DNA from: an uncultured Nanoarchaeota archaeon
GTDB taxonomy: Archaea > Nanobdellota > Nanobdellia > Pacearchaeales > GW2011-AR1
Length of the DNA stretch: 64,000 nt
Direction of reading: 5' to 3'
Assembly: GCA_963743615.1 (NCBI GenBank)
Contig: CAVUQF010000002.1
Span: 65,697-129,696 of the forward strand
Under the pieces are notes generated by a model. The model was not told where the DNA came from. It did not search any database and saw only the letters and a program-made list of their open reading frames with translations. Of the stretch, positions 57,555 to 64,000 are shown piece by piece (the stretch's first letter is position 1; each line of letters opens with the position of its first letter). Both the position numbers and the translations under genes were made by a program.

Positions 57555-57989
57555 TTATAATTCTTTCAACTCCTCCTTAAAATCTTTTATATCTTGGAAA
57601 TCTCTATATACAGATGCGAATCTTATGTATGCAACATGATCTAGTTTTTTTATTTTCTTCATTGTCAATTCTCCAATAAATGAACTTTTCACTTCCTTAC
57701 CTTTTTTTCTAACCTGTTCTTCAATCTCTGTTATCATATTGTCGATTTTTTCCTTTGGTACTGGACGTTTTTCAAACGCTTTATCAATACCGTGCTCAAG
57801 TTTTTCCCTGCTGAATTTTTCTCTCCTTCCATCTTTTTTTACAACGTAAAAGTCTTCTCTCTCAATTCTTTCATACGTTGTAAATCTCTTCTTGCACTTA
57901 AGACACTCTCTCCTCCTCCTTATTCCCCCAGGAGACCCTCTCTTATTGGTCACCTTCGACTCTTCACTCAAGCAGTATGGGCACTTCAT
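57555..57989 (-). CDS. nrdR: Transcriptional repressor NrdR
   Basis: MKCPYC...IRRRRECLKCKKRFTTYE, ATP cone VVKKDGRREKF, VAYIRFASVY; start ATG 57989. Confidence 0.96.
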   Translation of the reverse strand: MKCPYCLSEESKVTNKRGSPGGIRRRRECLKCKKRFTTYERIEREDFYVVKKDGRREKFSREKLEHGIDKAFEKRPVPKEKIDNMITEIEEQVRKKGKEVKSSFIGELTMKKIKKLDHVAYIRFASVYRDFQDIKDFKEELKEL

Positions 57990-58001
57990 AAATATGAACG
58001 T

Positions 58002-58048
58002 ATACAATATATTGTACTTTTATCTTTTTATATTACTACAGGTTGTAT
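58002..58048. promoter_or_regulatory. Tandem NrdR boxes flanking the TATA box
   Basis: ACAATATATTGT (58004-58015) and ACTACAGGTTGT (58035-58046), 31 bp apart, with minus-strand TATAAAAA (58025-58032) between them. Confidence 0.8.
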
Positions 58049-58115
58049 AATAGAGTATCTTATTTAGAACTATTATTTAAACATTCATAATTACTTTAGA
58101 ATAAATACATCCTTG

Positions 58116-58130
58116 GGCTTTGCACGATAA
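58116..58130 (+). repeat. Solo IS903-like end GGCTTTGCACGATAA
   Basis: 14/15 identical to 35422-35436. Confidence 0.45.
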
Positions 58131-58174
58131 GTAAGGCTCCTGAAAATCAATGAACGAGAAGTGCTAAGGTTTCT

Positions 58175-58543
58175 TCAAAGAACAAGTCCTTCTACTTTTG
58201 ACGGGTCTAGCTTGCTTCCATTCTTTGGAAATAAGACTGTTGTTTCCCCAAGAATTGGAGAATTGAGACAAATTCTCTCTTCTCCAACATCAATAAGATT
58301 ATAAATCTGTAGGTTCGCAACGTACTCTAGGTGCCCGTCATTAATCCATTTGTGGGGTATTGGTGATTTTGCTGAAAATCCTTCACCCTTTGCATTCCAA
58401 GATAGTCTAACTCTTAGTTCATTATATTCAAAAGATGCATCGGCTATCTCCCCCTGATAAAGATACCCTTCATTAGCATTTTGAACTTCGAGTTGTCCCC
58501 CAGTATATGCTTTTCTTAAGAGTCTCGTATCCAATCCTGTCAT
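58175..58543 (-). CDS. Hypothetical protein
   Basis: 122 aa ATG ORF with upstream TATA-like TTAAATA. Confidence 0.65.
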   Translation of the reverse strand: MTGLDTRLLRKAYTGGQLEVQNANEGYLYQGEIADASFEYNELRVRLSWNAKGEGFSAKSPIPHKWINDGHLEYVANLQIYNLIDVGEERICLNSPILGETTVLFPKNGSKLDPSKVEGLVL

Positions 58544-58742
58544 AGAGATAGTTCCTTCTGAACATATTTAAGGATTTCTTTAATGAAAAGTATATATCAT
58601 AAATTGTTACAATACTTCTTGTTCAAAACTAAACAAATAATTTGATTTTCCTTACTTATCGTTCAAAAAATAGCTAAAATTTATAAGTCTAGACTTTCCA
58701 TGCAACGCAACATTCTTAAGGAAGAATTAAATGTAAAAAACA

Positions 58743-59116
58743 ATGGAAACGTTCAAACAAAGAATAGTTCAGGTTAGGTATGATCTGTTAATTTAGAATC
58801 TCTTCCAAAAGATGATAAGACAATCTATGTTCATTTGTTTAAAACTGCTGATGGGAAAAATTTAGAGGGAGTTGCGACATCAAATTTCTTATTTAACATT
58901 TTGTCCAAGGGGCGGGCAAAAAGATCTTCTTTACCTTATTCACAACATCTTATCTTACCACTTATTAAACAGTTAGCTCAGACTAATAATGCAGAAATTG
59001 ATTACGAACCGGCAATTGTACAAGGTTTAGAAGCTTATATTTCGATGGAGTCTGAAAAGGGTCGCGGTTATTCCAGTACTGAAGGAGTTTATGTTAAAGC
59101 CACTTCTAGTGCTTAA
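58743..59116 (+). pseudogene. Hypothetical gene, probably frameshifted near the 5' end
   Basis: The ATG 58743 frame (METFKQRIVQVRYD) stops early. The long downstream frame (SVNLESLPKDDKTIYVHLFKTAD...) opens at about 58784 with no ATG start. Confidence 0.45.
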
Positions 59117-59156
59117 ACAATAATCAGTCAATTTAGATTATAATCTTACAAAGATA

Positions 59157-59462
59157 TTACATATGGCCAGTATGTGTTCTCTTTTCATTACTTTCAATAA
59201 TTTTGCTAAGAACCTCTTCACCACTTACTCCTATCATCGAGCATAAACCCAAGCAATAAACCATTAGATCTCCGATAGCATCAATTATCTCTTCTTTGTT
59301 GTTAATCTCGGCAGCTGGTTTCTTATTGCTATTTTTGTAAGCTTTTGCCAATTCACCAAGCTCTTCAGTCATTAGAATAATTTCTTTACTAATATCGGTT
59401 ACATTAAATCCTCTATTAACTTTGTTATTGAAGATTTTCTTCTGCAAATCATCCATAGACAT
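59157..59462 (-). CDS. MazG-like nucleotide pyrophosphohydrolase
   Basis: EELGELAKA...EEIIDAIGDL all-alpha NTP-PPase motif. Confidence 0.85.
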   Translation of the reverse strand: MSMDDLQKKIFNNKVNRGFNVTDISKEIILMTEELGELAKAYKNSNKKPAAEINNKEEIIDAIGDLMVYCLGLCSMIGVSGEEVLSKIIESNEKRTHTGHM

Positions 59463-59562
59463 GATCACTAAAAGAATACGCGAAATTTAAATTCTTCTAA
59501 AGTCCGCAGAAGACTCTTAGCATACTAAAAATTAAAAAAAATAAAAAAATAAGGAAAAGGTT

Positions 59563-59751
59563 TTACCCGTGATACTTGTGTGGCATTGCTAACTTTGATA
59601 TCCCTGCAAGAACAAGTAAAATACCGATGAATGTACCCCAGTCCAAGAAAGGCCAGTAAACATTTGCAAGAACTAGCAATCCGACAACAATCATCCCCCA
59701 CCCTTTCATCTTATGCATCATGCAACACCCCATCATTTCTTTTTTTGGCAT
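59563..59751 (-). CDS. Small membrane protein
   Basis: SD GAGGTG, Met/Cys/His-rich N-terminus, two TM helices. Confidence 0.7.
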   Translation of the reverse strand: MPKKEMMGCCMMHKMKGWGMIVVGLLVLANVYWPFLDWGTFIGILLVLAGISKLAMPHKYHG

Positions 59752-59812
59752 TTTTCACCTCCTCTTAATTATATTATTTTTCTTCTATTTAAATGTTTTT
59801 TATTACAATTTT

Positions 59813-60472
59813 TCAAATTTTATATTCGTAATATTTGTTGTAATCAATTGTCCATCCAACAACTTCTTTTTTTGGCTTATTTTCCATAATTTTCCTGAAC
59901 AGTCTTATAGAGTTGCCTGATGCCGAAATTGCGATGTTGGCTTTTTCCCTCTTAGAAAGTTTTTTGATATATTCTATGAATCTTCTAACCCTTTTTTCAA
60001 CATCCGCAAAAGATTCTCCATGAGGGGGAGCAACGTCATATCCCCTGTGAATAAGATTATACTCTTTTTCCCCAAGGAACTTTTCAACATCTTTTCTCTC
60101 CCTTATGGAAAGATCTGATATTGCATCTCCTTCTTTCATTAGGTTATATTCTTGTCTTCCAATTCTTTTAACAAATTCATTGTGTGAAGTTCCTTCTAAA
60201 TCCCCATAGCTTCTTTCAATCATCCTTTTATCACTAATTACTTTCCTGCATTCCGGATGATATTTTAAAACTTCTTTAAGAGTTTGTCTTGATCTCCAGA
60301 GGGTATTATCAAATGCTATATCAATTCTTTTGTCTTTAAGCTGGCGTGCAATTCCTTGCGCCTGTCTTATTCCAAGGGGGGTAAGCTTTGATTCTTTCCA
60401 TCCTGTGAATATGCCTTTTTTGTTAAAATAAGTCTGACCATGCCTAAACAAATAAATGTGATACTTTTTCAT
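59813..60472 (-). CDS. Histidine phosphatase / dPGM-family protein
   Basis: LFRHGQT, ERSYGDLEG, GESFADVEKRV, SGNSIR. Confidence 0.9.
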   Translation of the reverse strand: MKKYHIYLFRHGQTYFNKKGIFTGWKESKLTPLGIRQAQGIARQLKDKRIDIAFDNTLWRSRQTLKEVLKYHPECRKVISDKRMIERSYGDLEGTSHNEFVKRIGRQEYNLMKEGDAISDLSIRERKDVEKFLGEKEYNLIHRGYDVAPPHGESFADVEKRVRRFIEYIKKLSKREKANIAISASGNSIRLFRKIMENKPKKEVVGWTIDYNKYYEYKI

Positions 60473-60494
60473 TTTACCTCTTTAGTTTATTGTT

Positions 60495-61631
60495 CTATAA
60501 CTTCTGGAATTTTCCCAGAATCTTTTTCATTTTTTCGATGAAATAATCAATTTCTTCCTCTGTTGTAAATCTGCTTATACTTACTCTTATTGAATTGCTT
60601 GCCTTTTCATCTGATAATCCTATTGCTTTCAATACATGACTTATCCCGCTAGTTGAATGGGACATGCACGCGCTTCCTGCGGAGGTTAGTATTCCAGAAT
60701 TCTCAAGATATCCTCCTACAACCTCTCCATCAACATTTTCAAATGAGATGTTAATGTTGTTGCATAACCTTCTTTCCCTTGGGCCATTTAATTTTATTCC
60801 CGGGATTCTAAGAAGCTCATTTATCGTTTTGTCTCTGAGTATTATCATTTTTTCAACATCTTTTTTGTTTGAAATGTCTGCGGCTTTCGCAAATCCAACA
60901 ATGCCAGAAATATTTTCTGTTCCACTCCTTAATCCTCTTTCATGTCCTCCTCCGTGAAGCAAGGGGGTTATTTCAATTCCCTTCCTTATGTATAACGCAC
61001 CAACCCCTTTGGGCCCGTGAATTTTATGAGAGTTCAAGGTGACCAAATCAAGATTTTGTTTTTTTACGTCGATAGGAACTTTCGTAAAGCTCTGGCAGGC
61101 GTCAGTATGAAATAGTACATTTTTTGCTTTGCAAATTTTTGTTATCGCTTCCAAATCTTGGATGGTCCCTATTTCATTGTTTCCATGAATAATCGAAACT
61201 ACAATTGTTTTGTCTGTTATCTCTTTTTCAATATCTTTTGGATTTACAAAACCATCCTTATCAACACTAAGATAAGTTACCTTTGCGCCCTGTTTTTCAA
61301 GCCATTTGCATGTGTTCAAGACGCAATCATGCTCTATTTTCGTGGTTATAATATGATTTTTTTTAGGAAAATTTGAGAAGAATAAACCCTTTAGCGCAAA
61401 ATTATTAGATTCTGTTCCTCCAGAGGTAAAATAAATCTCTTCTTTATTTGCATTTATTGACTTTGCAATTGCGTGCCTGCTATCCTCAAGTGCGTTTTTT
61501 GCTTCCTTCCCTTTTTCGTGGATTGAAGAAGCATTTCCATACTTCTCTGTAAAGTAAGGAAGCATTTCTTTTACAACTCTTTCATCAACTTTTGTTGATG
61601 CTGCATTATCAAAATATATCTGCTTGTCCAT
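60495..61631 (-). CDS. iscS: Cysteine desulfurase (IscS/NifS)
   Basis: IYFDNAAST, FTSGGTESNN, HTDACQ, SHKIHGPKG, RSGTEN, SAGSAC; ATG 61631 preferred. Confidence 0.95.
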   Translation of the reverse strand: MDKQIYFDNAASTKVDERVVKEMLPYFTEKYGNASSIHEKGKEAKNALEDSRHAIAKSINANKEEIYFTSGGTESNNFALKGLFFSNFPKKNHIITTKIEHDCVLNTCKWLEKQGAKVTYLSVDKDGFVNPKDIEKEITDKTIVVSIIHGNNEIGTIQDLEAITKICKAKNVLFHTDACQSFTKVPIDVKKQNLDLVTLNSHKIHGPKGVGALYIRKGIEITPLLHGGGHERGLRSGTENISGIVGFAKAADISNKKDVEKMIILRDKTINELLRIPGIKLNGPRERRLCNNINISFENVDGEVVGGYLENSGILTSAGSACMSHSTSGISHVLKAIGLSDEKASNSIRVSISRFTTEEEIDYFIEKMKKILGKFQKL

Positions 61632-61904
61632 ACCAATCCCATAATTGTTAAATATAAAAATCTTGTGAGTTACATCTCGGAGGCTATCCCCTCTTTCGAA
61701 CATCCTTTACTTATTCTCTATCGTTTGATTTTGTTAGATCCAATCCGGCATTCAAGTCAACAAGCTCTAGAATAAAATTATCATCTTGAGAGTTATCGCT
61801 TGTATTTTCTTTGTTCTTTACAATAGGCTTATTTTTCATAGAATTAGTATGTATCTCTACTTTATAAATTCTACTATTTGTTATTACTATTAAGTTACAT
61901 AGAA

Positions 61905-61975
61905 TGGGCACGGAGGGAATCGAACCCCCATCTGGCGGTCTGGAGCCGCCGAGTCTGCCATTAGCCTACGCACCC
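61905..61975 (-). tRNA. tRNA-Trp(CCA), intron-less
   Basis: GGGTGCG acceptor; GGCGG-CTCCAGA-CCGCC; GGTTCGATTCC. Confidence 0.95.
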
Positions 61976-62051
61976 ATGCTATTCCTTTAACTTTTTGATT
62001 AATAAATATTCCTTAACAAATATTTTTATAGTTCTTTATTCTTATAAAAAA

Positions 62052-62423
62052 ATGAAACAGGTGTTGCTGGATACTAATTTTATAATAAGTTGCGTGAGGC
62101 AGAAAATAGATTTCTTTGAAGAAATTCCATTAATGGGTCTGGAAATCCTTATTCCAAGACAAGTATTTAATGAGATAAAAAAACTTTCAAAGTCAAGGGA
62201 AGGCGCAAATATAAGAGAGGAAGCTGATCTCGCGTTAAAGTTGCTTAATCGGAATAAATTTACCCTCATGAAATTGAAATATAACTATGTTGACAAAGGA
62301 ATAGAAAAAATGGCAGATGAAAACAAGGATCTTATCATTGCAACTTTAGATAAGGAGCTAAAAGAAAAAATTCAAAACAGAAAAATGATCATTAGGGGAA
62401 TGAAAAAGTTGGAGATTATCTAA
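62052..62423 (+). CDS. PIN-domain protein (Fcf1/Utp24-like)
   Basis: LLDTNF, V..E, VD, IATLDKELK; conserved position before rpoE; ATG 62052. Confidence 0.9.
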   Translation: MKQVLLDTNFIISCVRQKIDFFEEIPLMGLEILIPRQVFNEIKKLSKSREGANIREEADLALKLLNRNKFTLMKLKYNYVDKGIEKMADENKDLIIATLDKELKEKIQNRKMIIRGMKKLEII

Positions 62424-62512
62424 AATTTCTCTAATAATTTTTGTTTCTTTAATAATGATTTATCCTTATTGAAATAATAAGCTTTAAAAACCAAATTCAC
62501 TAACTTTTTTCA

Positions 62513-63127
62513 ATGTTCTATATAACTGAAGTCGAAGATCATGTAAGAGTTGAACCAAAGCTGTTTGGCCTATCTACAAGGGATGCTGTGGAGAACCAGT
62601 TAAAAGAAACTTACAAGGATTATTACGAGAGAGATTTAGGAAAAGTAATCACAGTGGTTGAGGTAATGGAAATAGGGGATGGTATTATAATCCCGGGTGA
62701 TGGAGCAGTTTACTACGCTTCAAGATTCAAACTTCTTGTATGGAAACCAGAATTGCAGGAACTTGTTTATGGCTCAATTGCGGAAATAACAAATTTTGGA
62801 GCTTTCATAGATTTGGGTGTTATGAGAGGGATGATTCATATAAGTCAGACAATGAATGATTATGTCACTTTTTCAAAGACAGACAGTCTTACTGGGAAGG
62901 TTTCAAAAAGGGCATTGAAAAGTGGGGATCTTTGCCTTGCAAGGATTGTTGCAATAAGTCACAAAGGTGGAGCACCAAAAATTGGCATAACTATGAGACA
63001 GCCTGGACTTGGAAAGTTAGAATGGATCAAAGAAGATAATGCAAAGAAAGACAGAGACGCCAAGAGAGCTGCAAAAGAAGGATCTGACGAAAAGAAAGGA
63101 AAAGGAAAAAAGGAGAAGAAGAAATAA
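62513..63127 (+). CDS. rpoE: RNA polymerase subunit Rpo7 (E')
   Basis: IIPGDGA, FGAFI, GMIHISQ, ITMRQPGLGK. Confidence 0.97.
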   Translation: MFYITEVEDHVRVEPKLFGLSTRDAVENQLKETYKDYYERDLGKVITVVEVMEIGDGIIIPGDGAVYYASRFKLLVWKPELQELVYGSIAEITNFGAFIDLGVMRGMIHISQTMNDYVTFSKTDSLTGKVSKRALKSGDLCLARIVAISHKGGAPKIGITMRQPGLGKLEWIKEDNAKKDRDAKRAAKEGSDEKKGKGKKEKKK

Positions 63128-63132
63128 GGAAG

Positions 63133-63318
63133 ATGTCTAAATCAAAAGCATGTAAGATTTGCAAGAAGATTTATGAAGGAGATAAGTGCCCAAATTGCGG
63201 CTCTAAAGAGTTTAGCGATAGCTTCAAAGGGAGGATAGTTGTTATTGATCCAGAGAAGTCAGAAATCGCCCCAAAGATTGGGATTAAAGATAAAGGAAAC
63301 TTTGCAATAAAATTATAA
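63133..63318 (+). CDS. spt4: Transcription elongation factor Spt4 (RpoE'')
   Basis: KACKIC...CPNCG...IDPEKSEIA. Confidence 0.95.
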   Translation: MSKSKACKICKKIYEGDKCPNCGSKEFSDSFKGRIVVIDPEKSEIAPKIGIKDKGNFAIKL

Positions 63319-63599
63319 TGGAACAAATAAAGGAAAAGCACAATTTTTTATTGAACAGAAAAGAAGTTAGTTTTAAGGTTACAGAATTGCAGTCCCCTCC
63401 TAGCATGGAAAATGCAAAAAAGATGGTTGCTGAAAAACTTTCTGTTCCTGAAGATTTGGTTCATATAGAAAAAGTTATGGGTAAATTTGGGACAGATGAT
63501 TTTACTATAACTGCAAAAATCTATAGCACATCCGCAGAAAGAGAGAGATTTCATGTTGTAAATAAAAAGGCAAAAAAGCCGAAGAAAGGTAAAAAGTAA
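63318..63599 (+). CDS. rps24e: 30S ribosomal protein eS24
   Basis: NFLLNRKE, GKFG, AKIY; conserved gene order. Confidence 0.9.
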   Translation: MEQIKEKHNFLLNRKEVSFKVTELQSPPSMENAKKMVAEKLSVPEDLVHIEKVMGKFGTDDFTITAKIYSTSAERERFHVVNKKAKKPKKGKK

Positions 63600-63604
63600 A
63601 CAAA

Positions 63605-63811
63605 ATGGCCGGAAAGAAAGATGCAAAAAAAGGTAAGAAACCTCATAAGAACAAGCCTACAAGCAAAAAATATTCAAAGTATAAAATAGAAGGGACTAAG
63701 GTTGTAAAGGCAGCCCACTGTCCTAGATGTGGTCCAGGAGTATTCCTTATGGACACAAAGGATAGATTATATTGTGGCAAGTGCCATTATTCTGAATTTA
63801 AGAAGAAATAA
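63605..63811 (+). CDS. rps27ae: 30S ribosomal protein eS31 (S27ae)
   Basis: CPRCGPGVFL...RLYCGKC. Confidence 0.95.
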   Translation: MAGKKDAKKGKKPHKNKPTSKKYSKYKIEGTKVVKAAHCPRCGPGVFLMDTKDRLYCGKCHYSEFKKK

Positions 63812-63814
63812 AGC

Positions 63815-64000
63815 TTACAAGGATCTGCTAAGGAGGTCTTGAGCTCTCTTACGATTTATTAAATAAGACATTGTCTCTTCTTCAAGATCTCCAGATATTT
63901 CTATAGCTCCGGCAGGGAGACCTTTTTCTTGGGTATACGCTCTCTGGAGAGAGAGTATTGTCCTAAATAGTTCACTACCATCTCCATTTACATCACTAAC
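63815..64000 (-). CDS. 3' end of a hypothetical gene (runs off the window end)
   Basis: Open frame ...VSDVNGDGSELFRTILSLQRAY...LLSRSL-TAA. Confidence 0.5.
   Translation of the reverse strand, partial: VSDVNGDGSELFRTILSLQRAYTQEKGLPAGAIEISGDLEEETMSYLINRKRAQDLLSRSL

Noticed and set aside
59089..59101. TTATGTTAAAGCC as an inverted partner of the 58116 IS-like end
   Set aside because: Only weak similarity, lies inside an ORF, and no target duplication flanks the pair.
61711..61911. 66-aa ORF and the upstream extension of iscS
   Set aside because: The start overlaps tRNA-Trp and has no motif; IscS homology begins at MDKQIY (61631). A shorter peptide cannot be excluded.
1..64000. CRISPR array, rRNA, integrase or prophage genes
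   Set aside because: No regularly spaced repeats, rRNA-like tracts or recombinase/capsid motifs were seen by eye.

Overview
AT-rich archaeal chromosome segment, most consistent with a DPANN (Pacearchaeota-like) organism: unsplit Rpo2, fused Rpo1N/Rpo1C, compact genes, and TATA boxes shortly upstream of many start codons. Core content includes rtcB/archease, a type IV pilus locus with seven prepilin-like genes, SRP RNA, five tRNAs, ArgRS, IleRS, Dph5, DTD2, RNase HII, DnaG, the rpoH-rpoB-rpoA-nusA-rps12-rps7-EF2-EF1A cluster, an nrdR-nrdJ-cobO-dcd-trx nucleotide cluster and the rpoE-spt4-eS24-eS31 cluster. The strongest signal is a complete 3.6 kb unit transposon (39573-43208) inserted between nusA and rps12. 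It has perfect 24-bp terminal inverted repeats and a 9-bp target duplication. It carries a central IS6/IS1-like DDE transposase, a GIY-YIG/Dam-like restriction-modification pair, a Zn-finger-Doc toxin/antitoxin pair and an unannotated AbrB-like regulator, with two sets of palindromic operators straddling its TATA boxes. Other notable items are a condensin-type SMC with a central CPVC zinc hook instead of a hinge, an apparently intact GGDEF diguanylate cyclase in an archaeon, tandem NrdR boxes on an archaeal promoter, an SRP RNA lacking both canonical tetraloops, an atypical initiator tRNA, a uS12 K-to-R variant and a 9-codon poly-lysine micro-ORF. All calls were made by eye from motifs; no database searches were run.
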